Shown here: one piece after another, positions 17,673 through 26,672 of the stretch | How positions within the stretch are numbered: position 1 is the stretch's first letter | Layout of the letters: every line of letters begins with the position of its first letter | Assembly (NCBI GenBank): GCA_043803105.1 | Contig: JAZDKJ010000006.1 | Coordinates: 64,001-128,000, forward strand | Direction: 5' to 3' | DNA length: 64,000 nt | DNA from: Candidatus Woesearchaeota archaeon | Lineage (GTDB): Archaea > Nanobdellota > Nanobdellia > Woesearchaeales > JAZDKJ01 | Program-made: the position numbers and the translations under genes | Notes under the pieces: model-generated | What the model was told of the DNA's origin: nothing | Seen by the model: only the letters and a program-made list of their open reading frames with translations | The model's database searches: none

Positions 17673-19814
17673 ATGTCAAGTGCTGAAGTCCAGGAGTTGA
17701 TGCGTAAATACAAGGACAAGATAGACTCACAGTTTGGCACTGATGAAAAGGAGCCTCTGCCTGTCGAATCCCGGGAGTATCAAGAATTCAAGAAGGCCAC
17801 CTTGCCGAAGGCGATGACCATATATGAGTCTCTCTGCAACCAGGCTGAGCATCTTCTTAAGATCAAGCCTGATCCCAAGCGCGAGCAGGAGTTGCAGGAA
17901 GCCATTAACATCTGTCATCTCAATGTCACCCCTTCCGGTACAGCGAGCTTTGCGATTGTCTACCCGCTGCTCTTGATGGTTGTGGGTGGAGCCTTCAGCT
18001 ATCTTGCGACTGGCAGCATGTTCTTTGTTGCTTTCTTTCTGATTTCCGGAAGCTTGCTGATGGTTTTCCTTGGAAAGATTCCTCAGTACCTCGCTACTTC
18101 GTGGAGGATGCGCGCAAGCAACCAGATGATTATATGTATTTTTTATGTTGTGACCTATATGAGGCACACGAGCAACCTCGAGAAAGCGATTGCCTTTGCT
18201 GCAGACCACCTTGCACCCCCGCTCTCTCTTGACCTAAAAAAGGTTCTCTGGGATGTGGAGACAGGCAAACGCGAGTCTGTTAAGGAGAGCCTTGAGACAT
18301 ATCTTGAGTCTTGGCGCAAGTGGAACCTTGAGTTCATCGAGGCCTTCCACCTGATTGAGTCATCACTCTACGAAGGCCTGGAGGAGCGAAGGCTTGCATT
18401 GCTCGATAAGAGCCTGGACGTAATCCTCGAAGAGACCTATGAGCGCATGATGCATTATGCGCAGAACTTGAAGAGCCCCATAACGATGCTTCACATGATG
18501 GGCATAATCCTTCCAATCCTTGGCCTTGTTATCCTCCCTCTTGTGGTTAGCTTTATGGAGAACGTGAAATGGTACCATATTGCCACCCTTTACAACATTG
18601 TCCTGCCGATATCTGTTTATTATCTTGGCAAGACCATCCTTTCGACAAGACCTACAGGCTACGGTGACACTGATATCGCTGAAGAGAATCCTGAACTAAA
18701 GAAGTACCGCAACATCGTGGTCAATTTTTTCGGTGCTGAGATCCAGATAAACCCTCTGCCTGTCTCTGTCTTCATAGGTGCTGTCCTCTTTTTCATAGGT
18801 ATAAGCCCCCTCGTGATTCATTTTCTTAGCCCTAGCTTTGACATGCAGATAGTCGAAGGCGTTGAACTTATTGGTTATAGGGAATCTGTCACGACCCCTG
18901 GCTTGATTCTTGGTCCTTATGGCATGGGTGCTGCTGTCTTGAGCCTATTCGTTCCCTTGAGTTTTGGCATAGGTGTAGGCCTTTATTATAGGTTGCGCTC
19001 GCAGAATGTGATAAAGATTCGTGAGCAGGCAAAGCAGCTTGAGGACGAGTTTGCCTCAGCCCTTTTCCAGTTAGGCAACAGGCTTGGAGACAACATTCCT
19101 GCTGAGATCGCCTTTGGTCGTGTAAGCGATGTGATGGAGGGCACAATCTCAGGCAATTTCTTCAGGACTATAAATACCAACATAAAGAAGCTGGGCATGA
19201 GCGTGCCGGACGCAATCTTTGATTCAAAGGTAGGTGCCCTTGTTTATTTTCCAAGTAATGTCATTGCAAGCTCGATGAAGGTTCTCATCCAAAGCATCAA
19301 GAAAGGACCTGTTATTGCAGCCCAGGCCCTGCTTAACATCTCTCGTTACATCAAGGAAATTCACAGGGTGAATGAGCGCTTGAAAGACCTCATGGCTGAC
19401 ATTATCTCATCAATGAAATCCCAGATTAGCTTTCTCACGCCAGTTATCTCTGGCATTGTTATTGGAATCACTTCCATGATAACAAATATAATCGGTAAGC
19501 TCGGCTCCCAGATGAAGACCCTTGGAGGCGAGGCTGGTGGTACTGCTTCAAGCATGGCTGACTTCTTTGGTGATGGGCTTCCAACCTATTATTTCCAGAT
19601 AGTTGTCGGTGTATATGTTGTGCAGATTATTTTCATCCTGACGATTCTTGCAAATGGCATCGAGAATGGCGAGGACAAGCTCCAGGAGCGCTACATGCTC
19701 GGAGTCAATCTGATTAGGAGCACTATCATTTATTGTTTTGTCGCAATGTTTGTCATGGTCGTTTTCAACATCATAGCGATGAACATAATGGGCGTCAATG
19801 TCCCCACGCAGTAA
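17673..19814 (+). CDS. Type IV pilus membrane platform protein (FlaJ/TadB-TadC-like, two T2SSF-type domains)
   Basis: Multiple TMs; EFASALFQLGNRLGDNIPAE; directly follows the ATPase. Confidence 0.8.
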   Translation: MSSAEVQELMRKYKDKIDSQFGTDEKEPLPVESREYQEFKKATLPKAMTIYESLCNQAEHLLKIKPDPKREQELQEAINICHLNVTPSGTASFAIVYPLLLMVVGGAFSYLATGSMFFVAFFLISGSLLMVFLGKIPQYLATSWRMRASNQMIICIFYVVTYMRHTSNLEKAIAFAADHLAPPLSLDLKKVLWDVETGKRESVKESLETYLESWRKWNLEFIEAFHLIESSLYEGLEERRLALLDKSLDVILEETYERMMHYAQNLKSPITMLHMMGIILPILGLVILPLVVSFMENVKWYHIATLYNIVLPISVYYLGKTILSTRPTGYGDTDIAEENPELKKYRNIVVNFFGAEIQINPLPVSVFIGAVLFFIGISPLVIHFLSPSFDMQIVEGVELIGYRESVTTPGLILGPYGMGAAVLSLFVPLSFGIGVGLYYRLRSQNVIKIREQAKQLEDEFASALFQLGNRLGDNIPAEIAFGRVSDVMEGTISGNFFRTINTNIKKLGMSVPDAIFDSKVGALVYFPSNVIASSMKVLIQSIKKGPVIAAQALLNISRYIKEIHRVNERLKDLMADIISSMKSQISFLTPVISGIVIGITSMITNIIGKLGSQMKTLGGEAGGTASSMADFFGDGLPTYYFQIVVGVYVVQIIFILTILANGIENGEDKLQERYMLGVNLIRSTIIYCFVAMFVMVVFNIIAMNIMGVNVPTQ

Positions 19815-19838
19815 ATCGCGATGTGCTAAAAGAATCAA

Positions 19839-19926
19839 TGGGTCTGCCCGGATTTTCGTTCAGCTCTCTCGAACCGGGGACCTTCACCGTGTGAAGGTGA
19901 CGTCATAGCCACTAGACTACAGACCC
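19839..19926 (-). tRNA. tRNA-Val(CAC) with a 15-nt intron in the T-loop
   Basis: Acceptor GGGTCTG/CAGACCC+A, anticodon arm TCACC-TTCACAC-GGTGA, T stem CCCGG/CCGGG; removing 15 nt gives a 73-nt tRNA with loop TTCGAGT; no encoded CCA. Confidence 0.92.
19853..19867 (-). other. Non-canonical tRNA intron at position 59/60
   Basis: AGAGCTGAACGAAAA; 4-bp helix TTCG/CGAA with cuts AG|A and AA|T (relaxed bulge-helix-bulge). Confidence 0.75.
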
Positions 19927-19992
19927 GTATACTTTGTTGTTTCACATGCCTATTTTAATTTATTGGATTCTCAAACTGTCAAGATGAGGCAG

Positions 19993-20652
19993 CTAAGGAG
20001 CAGGTGTGCTAGAAGTCTGTTTTGCCTCAAGTTTCTGCTTTACTTTGTTTGCATACTTGTGGGCAAGTGCCAGCGGCAGAGGTACTTTGTAGGGTTCTTC
20101 TGCGAACTTTTTGACGATCTCGATGCTTGTCTTCAGGCTGATGAGGTGTCCTGGTGAGACCACAACAGGATTGCCGGTTTCCTTTATTTTAACCTTCTTT
20201 CCAACAGCTTCCTTGTCAATATATATAGAGTCGCCCCGTACTATTCCGTATAGGGGTTTTTTCGCTACTCCTATTGTTGGCTTGTTCAAAAGGAGTCCTA
20301 TGTGTGATGCAAGTCCTATTCTTCGCGGATGCAAAATCCCGTTCCCTTTTACTATAAGTATGTCTGGTTTGTTGTTCAGCTTGTTGTATGCCTCGATTAT
20401 TGCCGGCGACTCCCTGTACGCCAGGAATCCTGCCACATACGGGATTTTTGTCTCAAGCACAGCGTATTTTTTCTCCACTATTGCCATTGTCTTGGCGTCT
20501 ATAACCACAATTCCACAAATTATCTGGTTGCCCATCGCTAATTGGTCCACACCAGCTATGGTTGAATAACCTTCAAACTCATCCTTTAGAATTATCTTTA
20601 GGGCGAGCTTTTTTTGCTCTTCCTTTAGCTTTTCCAGGTTTAGATCCACCAC
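19993..20652 (-). CDS. nfi: Endonuclease V family protein
   Basis: IAGVD, PYVAGFLAYRE, GNGILHPRRIGLASHIG, PTIGVAK, VSPGHLIS motifs. Confidence 0.88.
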   Translation of the reverse strand: MVDLNLEKLKEEQKKLALKIILKDEFEGYSTIAGVDQLAMGNQIICGIVVIDAKTMAIVEKKYAVLETKIPYVAGFLAYRESPAIIEAYNKLNNKPDILIVKGNGILHPRRIGLASHIGLLLNKPTIGVAKKPLYGIVRGDSIYIDKEAVGKKVKIKETGNPVVVSPGHLISLKTSIEIVKKFAEEPYKVPLPLALAHKYANKVKQKLEAKQTSSTPAP

Positions 20653-21187
20653 TTTTGATTAACCCCGTCAATTCCGAATGAAGCTGTGCGATTCTGTTCG
20701 CAGCCATAATCCCGAATTTCTTTTTAAAGCTTTCTAGTGTGCTCGAGAGAGTAATACATTCGTCGTTTTGGCCTACCAGTTTGTCAGCATAACAGACAAT
20801 CTTTTCCTCTGTTGTTAACGGCAAGAAGTCTTTTCTTGGCAGCCTAAGCCTTCGTTCGATTATGTCCTCTTTGCGCAGTCCTCCCCCTAAGTGCCTTTCT
20901 GCAATCCTCGCCAGACTGCAGTGCCCTTCAGCCCTCAGTATTTTTGCTCCTTCGATTCCGTGTCTTTCTGAATCTTTCCATGGTGGGCACTTGTATCTTC
21001 CTATGTCATGCAGGAGTGCTCCACACCTGACAAGGTTCAAGTCCGCCTCAGGAATCCTCTGTGCGATTTCCTCTGCGACCTCCCTAACTTTGATTGCGTG
21101 TCGCAGCACTATCCTGAAGGTTCTATCGTCAGGGCTGTATTTCTTGAGGAGCTGAACAGCCTGTTTTTTATTCATAATATCCTTCAC
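20579..21187 (-). CDS. HDIG-type HD-domain phosphohydrolase
   Basis: LRHA, GALLHDIGR, HGIEGAKIL, IAERH, EEKIVCYADKL. Confidence 0.88.
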   Translation of the reverse strand: MKDIMNKKQAVQLLKKYSPDDRTFRIVLRHAIKVREVAEEIAQRIPEADLNLVRCGALLHDIGRYKCPPWKDSERHGIEGAKILRAEGHCSLARIAERHLGGGLRKEDIIERRLRLPRKDFLPLTTEEKIVCYADKLVGQNDECITLSSTLESFKKKFGIMAANRIAQLHSELTGLIKSGGSKPGKAKGRAKKARPKDNSKG

Positions 21188-21221
21188 GAAAGCACTGATT
21201 ATTAAGCTTTGGGGATTAGGC

Positions 21222-22109
21222 GGTTCTGTAGAAAGTCATATTAACCCGAGCAGCCGTTAGGCTGCTTGGGGGTGGGGAGCACGCCCCACCATGAGAAGTA
21301 AAGAGACACTGAAAGAAAAAGCTTACTATTTGTGGAAGAAAGCAGGACTTCCTAAGTTCTTGAATCACTTCGGTCCGAAGAAGACACCTGCATGGAAGGT
21401 CTATCTGTGCTACCTCGAGTACACAGCGCATGCTCCGGCATGGAGAAGGGTGGCTGGATTTATGGAAGATTACCATAGCGAAAAAAGGCATTGGACATCT
21501 TGGCAGAAGGCCATTGCGAAATGGCCTCAGAGCGTCTGGGACGCTCTGAAAGTGGCTAGCATCGAGGCTGACGAATGCAAAGTCGGAGCGATTGACGGCA
21601 CCACACTCACAAGGAGCGACGCCAGCCAACACTACCTGAAGCGCATCGACCGCGAAGACAAAGTAGGCAGGCCAGTTCAAGAGGTGCTCCTGGTAGACAT
21701 TGCCAAGCGTAAGTTCCTGTCGTGGCGCATCCGCGCCACACCCCGAGGAGAGAAATGCGATGTACCTTATCTTATCAGAACATGCCCTGTCCAATTAGAT
21801 GGCGTCGTTATGGACAAAGGATTTGACAGCAATCCCTTGTATGGATTTCTGCGGGACGCAGGAATCTGGAGCGTCGCTCCAGTCAGAAAAGGATGCAAAA
21901 GAGGTCAGTACCGTCGACAGCTAAGAGACTGCTTCGACTGGGCACTCTACTGGCAGAGAAGCATCATCGAAAGCATGATCAGCGCGGTTAAAAGACTATT
22001 TGGCTCGCACGTCCGTGCTCGCACTGCGCGCATGCAGCGCGCAGAACTATCCATGAGACTCATCGCTTACAACATAGGCGCAATAACAATCACGACTTTC
22101 TACTAAGCC
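21222..22109 (+). mobile_element. Complete IS5-family (IS903-like) insertion sequence, 888 bp
   Basis: Terminal IRs GGTTCTGTAGAAAGTC (21222-21237) and GGCTTAGTAGAAAGTC (rc of 22094-22109), 13/16 identical; 9-bp direct repeat GGATTAGGC at 21213-21221 and 22110-22118. Confidence 0.9.
21291..22106 (+). CDS. DDE transposase (IS5/IS4 superfamily)
   Basis: AIDGT, MDKGFDS, Y-QRSIIESMISAVKR catalytic motifs; stop codon lies inside the right IR. Confidence 0.92.
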   Translation: MRSKETLKEKAYYLWKKAGLPKFLNHFGPKKTPAWKVYLCYLEYTAHAPAWRRVAGFMEDYHSEKRHWTSWQKAIAKWPQSVWDALKVASIEADECKVGAIDGTTLTRSDASQHYLKRIDREDKVGRPVQEVLLVDIAKRKFLSWRIRATPRGEKCDVPYLIRTCPVQLDGVVMDKGFDSNPLYGFLRDAGIWSVAPVRKGCKRGQYRRQLRDCFDWALYWQRSIIESMISAVKRLFGSHVRARTARMQRAELSMRLIAYNIGAITITTFY

Positions 22110-22112
22110 GGA

Positions 22113-25100
22113 TTAGGCAGCCTTCTTAAATGGCATAGTTTTATGCTCAGAATTGAATTTTATCACTGGCGTGCCAGCGTACCACCTATCTGCCAACAGT
22201 GTTGCAACATCTTGCCTGTCATTAACATTTGCTTCGTTTGCAGTAGTTGTACCGCAACGCTGCGCTAATTCTAGGGTGTACTCCTCAAAAACACTGTCTA
22301 AGTCCAATTCAGGATAATTGTTGTAGACACCTAGCTGTATTATTTTTCCTTGGTTTGTCATTGCTATCAGCCTTCTGGCCATGATGTCACCTGCTTTATC
22401 AAAACAATAAAGTACCCTCTTGTTAACATCCAAAGCGTTCGTCACAGTAGTCCATGAATTAGAACCGTCTGTGGCAAGACAGCTGCCTCCAACAACATTG
22501 CCCATCTGCAATATTTTTATTGGGTTCTGTTCCGTGTAGACTGTTACTCTTCTTGCATTCTGTATGAACTGTGTCTTGCCTTGCAGTCCTTTGATCGCGT
22601 TCAGATGTCCTGCTATATCCTTGGCTAAGTCCTGCTTATCCTTCAAATCAGTGAGTCTTTTATCAAACTCATCTTCTTTGACTTCTAAACCTGCTTCCCG
22701 AAAATGGCGTACTATTTCTTCCCTGTGTTCTCCGATTATTTTCTCTGTGTTTGCCGAAAAATCAGTTAGGTTTGCTAGGTACTCTTTTTTAAAACCTTCA
22801 ACCCAAATGTTCATGTCTATTCCCCAGCTTTTCATTTTCCCCATGTATTCAATATTTGCCTGTTGGTTGTAAGGATACGCTTGAGGTAATCTCTTGAATG
22901 GATACGTATTCTTGAGGCATATCTCCTGTACAAGCCTTTTGGCCGGCTCTCTATTCTGGCCTGGATGGCACTTGACTGCGATTTGTAGCACATCCGTTAT
23001 GTCCTCCTCATTGTCCAGCTCAGCAGGCAAAGGTACTCCACAATATTTTTCAAAAGCATCCCGCACTTTCTGGCTGGTTAACGCATTAAAGTATTCAATT
23101 GATAGGTCCATCAAGACTTTATTGATGTATTCAAATGCCGACTTCTCGTTTTGTGTATTGAACTTTTCTATGTTCTTCCTCAATTTGTCTAGGTTCTTTG
23201 GCTTCTTTGAGAGTTGTGAGGTTAGGAAAAGATAAACTCTTTCTATGTCTGCTGGATTCAAGCTTTCTTTGTTGCCTTTTGAGACAAAAAGTCTGTAACT
23301 TCTGCAGGCTCTTGCCAGCACAAGCAATTCCCTTGAGATATCCTCATTAAGTATTGTTAGGTGCGCAATATTAAATAATACTCGCATGAAATTTTTGGGA
23401 GATTGCTCCATCAGGTTGATTATGTAGTCACCAAAATGTTCAAAAATACTTGAGCTTATCTTGTCGAGATACTTCATTTGCCGAAGTTTTACCCTGCTGT
23501 GCTCAACCTCTGCAGACATGAACCTGAAGCAACTGTTGAAAATGCGAATCACTTCTGCGTTGGTACTTGGGTCCACCTTTTCAACCATTTTGCTGCAAAG
23601 GTTCAGCAATTCTTCGCGCGGTGATTCATTAAAGTCCTTTAAGGTCTGGACTACCTCTTTTCCACCGTTCTCTATGAAAGTCTGAAAGCTGGCAATATGC
23701 TTGGGTTGCAAGATCTTGAGCACTGAAAACAAGCTGGCAAGAAGGTTTGTGTCAAAATCACCCAATACTTGCCACAGGTAGTCCACCTCATTCAGATTTG
23801 TTAGGAATGGCAAGATCGAGATTAGGTTGCCTTCATAAACGTCAATGTTTGGACCATATTTGCTAACGTTGAATTCAAGGTAGCCCAGTAAAGTCTTATG
23901 TTCCAATGCTGTAGACAATCTCTGTCCAGTCATCTTCATTATACTGCGAAAGAGGAGCTTAGGATATTTTGTAGACCTTGCTGCTTCAATTATCTGAGGA
24001 AGCTGCTGCCTGACCCCTTCTCTTTGCTCCCTTGCCAGGAGCATTTGCAGCAATTCTTCATCAGTAATCTCTTCACAAAGGCTTAGCAATAGGTCGATAT
24101 CTGATTGTTCTAGAAGAGGTTTTGAAAGCCTGGAAATAGGTTGGCAAAAAGAGAAGAAATCCATCTCTGTCCCCGGTTCTGCGAATTGCCATTTCTTGTA
24201 AACTCTAATGAGTCTTTTTAGGTTTTTTTCGGTGAAAGACAAATCACATGCAAATGACCTCCAATCTCGCAAGCAAAGCCATAAGGCATATCCCAGTTCA
24301 TCCACCCTTAGGCCTGCGCTCTTATAGCTCTTCATAACTGCAAAAAGTGTGTCAAATAATTGCCCATGATAATTGTTGAAGAGGTATCCTGAATCTTCAA
24401 AAACCGCAGTCAGCACAAAGCAAGGAGCACGCTCATCAAATAAAAAGAATTTCTCCGCCACTGAACTGATTAGATGCAAGTCTTCTGGGCTTTTTATTTC
24501 TTTCCTTACGCGAGGGATTTGTTCCTGGCAGACAGTCCTGCCAAGGTGTTCTCCGGTTGTTCCTCCTCTTATTATTGTGGCGAGCAAAATTAATGTCTCT
24601 CTTAGCCGAACTACTGTTGCTTCAAGCATCTTCGTTTTCTTTGCTGTCCATTGAACATAAAAGTCTCTCAGATTCTCTTGGAAATATGGGTCCTGGTAGA
24701 CTTCTTCTGGATTTTTGCCATATGCAGAAAATTGGTCCCTAAGGTTTTTTATCTCTTCAGGAGGCACATCCTTGAAAATGATATCCTCAAATGGCACTAG
24801 GCATAACCACACATACCAGTAGTGGTCAGAATAGAACTGCGCAGGGCCAATGATTTTCTTGACTTTCTCAACTAAGTTCCAGTTTTCAAGCAAAATCTTG
24901 GTTAGAAACGGATTAGCAAACTGGTTGTAACCATTTTTCAGGAGCCATTTTCTTCTTTCAAAGTATTGGTCTTTTTTATACATGCTCTGCAATAAATGGA
25001 GCCTTCGGATATTTAAAAGAAAAGCCGAATCTAATTGGCAAACAAGTCTCTGCATTTTTTCTTGAAGTTGTGACTGTGCATCTGTTGATATCGAAGTTGA

Positions 25101-25379
25101 GTTTTTCATTTGTTCTGCTAAAACCCTAAGCGATTTGAGATACTCATCTACATGATTGAACAATTCTTCCAGATTGTTATACTGAAAGTGTCTTTTCCAA
25201 GTGTAACCTGGCATTTTTTTCATTCGCGTTTCAATCAATTTAGATACATCTATCAATGATTGAATCGACTCTTTGTGCCAGAACCAGCTCTTGGGGATCT
25301 TATACTTTGGTGATGTCAACAAATCGTGCAGCTTTTGGATCTCAATAACAGTTTCTTGGATATTTCCATTCGGCGGCAT
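22113..25379 (-). CDS. Large alpha-helical hypothetical protein with conserved-looking C-terminal MG..SCL..N.LD.NK domain
   Basis: 1088-aa open frame; C-terminal ILQMGNVVGGSCLATDGSNSWTTVTNALDVNKRVLY...ARRLIA. Confidence 0.7.
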   Translation of the reverse strand: MPPNGNIQETVIEIQKLHDLLTSPKYKIPKSWFWHKESIQSLIDVSKLIETRMKKMPGYTWKRHFQYNNLEELFNHVDEYLKSLRVLAEQMKNSTSISTDAQSQLQEKMQRLVCQLDSAFLLNIRRLHLLQSMYKKDQYFERRKWLLKNGYNQFANPFLTKILLENWNLVEKVKKIIGPAQFYSDHYWYVWLCLVPFEDIIFKDVPPEEIKNLRDQFSAYGKNPEEVYQDPYFQENLRDFYVQWTAKKTKMLEATVVRLRETLILLATIIRGGTTGEHLGRTVCQEQIPRVRKEIKSPEDLHLISSVAEKFFLFDERAPCFVLTAVFEDSGYLFNNYHGQLFDTLFAVMKSYKSAGLRVDELGYALWLCLRDWRSFACDLSFTEKNLKRLIRVYKKWQFAEPGTEMDFFSFCQPISRLSKPLLEQSDIDLLLSLCEEITDEELLQMLLAREQREGVRQQLPQIIEAARSTKYPKLLFRSIMKMTGQRLSTALEHKTLLGYLEFNVSKYGPNIDVYEGNLISILPFLTNLNEVDYLWQVLGDFDTNLLASLFSVLKILQPKHIASFQTFIENGGKEVVQTLKDFNESPREELLNLCSKMVEKVDPSTNAEVIRIFNSCFRFMSAEVEHSRVKLRQMKYLDKISSSIFEHFGDYIINLMEQSPKNFMRVLFNIAHLTILNEDISRELLVLARACRSYRLFVSKGNKESLNPADIERVYLFLTSQLSKKPKNLDKLRKNIEKFNTQNEKSAFEYINKVLMDLSIEYFNALTSQKVRDAFEKYCGVPLPAELDNEEDITDVLQIAVKCHPGQNREPAKRLVQEICLKNTYPFKRLPQAYPYNQQANIEYMGKMKSWGIDMNIWVEGFKKEYLANLTDFSANTEKIIGEHREEIVRHFREAGLEVKEDEFDKRLTDLKDKQDLAKDIAGHLNAIKGLQGKTQFIQNARRVTVYTEQNPIKILQMGNVVGGSCLATDGSNSWTTVTNALDVNKRVLYCFDKAGDIMARRLIAMTNQGKIIQLGVYNNYPELDLDSVFEEYTLELAQRCGTTTANEANVNDRQDVATLLADRWYAGTPVIKFNSEHKTMPFKKAA

Positions 25380-25736
25380 TCCATTGATAATTCACAACTT
25401 ACTTTATTTAAACATTTGGACAAAATCTTTGCATTCTAAGAAAAATTATGGGTGAACTAAAGTTCACCCACACCATATCGAAAGCTGACTTCATTTATAA
25501 TGCGCTGGTCAAGCGCAGACAGCCAAATTACTGCAAAATAAATTGCTATAATAGTAGACACTTATGTATACTAATATATAAACTTTTTGATTTTTGGCGC
25601 TTTTGTTCTCTATTTTACCTTCAAATCTAGTATTGTTCTACATATACTAACACCAGTTTCCATAGAAAAGATAAACTAAGGTAGTGAAAAACAACATTTA
25701 TATATCAGTTGCTACTATACCTTTATAGGGGATGGC

Positions 25737-26141
25737 ATGGTAGTTTTGTTTGATAAGTTTAATCTTCCTGAGGAAGTTCTGGATGTAATTTTTGCTACAA
25801 AGCAGCAGAAAATCGTAGCTACTGAGCTTATAAAATTCATAGTCAAGAACAAGTGTTCTATCGGTAAGGTTGACATGTCACTTTTTGCCACCCAGCTTCA
25901 TGATGGTACATTTGAGACAACAATAGAGGAGGAGCCCTACAAGGGAAAAAAAGTGAGGATCTCCTACAACCGTCGCCAATTCTATGACAGGATCCTTACC
26001 CCAATGAAAAGCATGGGAATGATCGACTATGACTTGTACAAGAAAACATACAGCATCTCTGAGCATTTCAATGCTGAGATGATAAGGATTGGCATTATGT
26101 GGGTCGCTTACCTAAACAAGTTAAAAGCTCAAACACAATAA
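25737..26141 (+). CDS. Conserved hypothetical protein, paralog of 1128..1535
   Basis: End-to-end similarity; AACATTTATATA at 25693-25704. Confidence 0.78.
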   Translation: MVVLFDKFNLPEEVLDVIFATKQQKIVATELIKFIVKNKCSIGKVDMSLFATQLHDGTFETTIEEEPYKGKKVRISYNRRQFYDRILTPMKSMGMIDYDLYKKTYSISEHFNAEMIRIGIMWVAYLNKLKAQTQ

Positions 26142-26297
26142 GCACTCTTTCTCTGCATTTTTTTGGCAAGTATGTGTCACACAAATATCATACAATGAAT
26201 TACAAAAAAGCAATATTTATCGGTAAGTTTAAATATAACGTATTACAAATATCACATAATATAATACAATTAGCAACTTTAACCGCCTTTTACAGAA

Positions 26298-26450
26298 ATG
26301 ACAGCGATGAAACAGAAAATCTCTGTAGTGAACGTCAGACTTCCAAGCGAGGCTGTTGCCTGGATTGATTCTTTAGTAATTAAGGGGATCTACTCTAGCA
26401 GGTCCGAGGCTATCAGGGCTTTTGTTCGCGAGTATTTACATGAACGGTGA
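26298..26450 (+). CDS. Ribbon-helix-helix regulator, 50 aa, not in the ORF track
   Basis: Manual translation MTAMKQKISVVNVRLPSEAVAWIDSLVIKGIYSSRSEAIRAFVREYLHER (G-Y-SRSEAIR signature). Confidence 0.82.
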   Translation: MTAMKQKISVVNVRLPSEAVAWIDSLVIKGIYSSRSEAIRAFVREYLHER

Positions 26451-26456
26451 CTTTGA

Positions 26457-26672
26457 GTGACTGACAAGCTGGTGAGCTTTCGCGTACCTTTAGCCTTAGT
26501 TCTTGAGTCAAGGAGCCGCGTTGAACAAGAGCATTTCAAGGACCTTTCTGAACTCATCCGGGCTGCTATCAGGAGAAAGTTTGCTGAGTCGCAAAAGCCT
26601 GAGCTTGCCGAACTTACAAAACAGGACATCATCAGGGAACTTCAAACCCTGATTGAGAGGCTGAAAAAATGA
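26457..26672 (+). CDS. Ribbon-helix-helix regulator
   Basis: LVSFRVP...FKDLSELIRAAIRR; ATGA overlap with the next gene. Confidence 0.75.
   Translation: MTDKLVSFRVPLALVLESRSRVEQEHFKDLSELIRAAIRRKFAESQKPELAELTKQDIIRELQTLIERLKK

Noticed and set aside
15387-19814. Archaellum operon (flaI/flaJ)
   Set aside because: No archaellin, FlaF/G or adjacent FlaH here, so it is called a generic type IV pilus system without gene symbols.
21216-21794. 192-aa ORF antisense to the transposase
   Set aside because: Shadow frame of the GC-richer IS; no coding features.
25448-25630. 60-aa ORF in the AT-rich intergenic region
   Set aside because: No motif, RBS or homolog recognisable; likely spurious.
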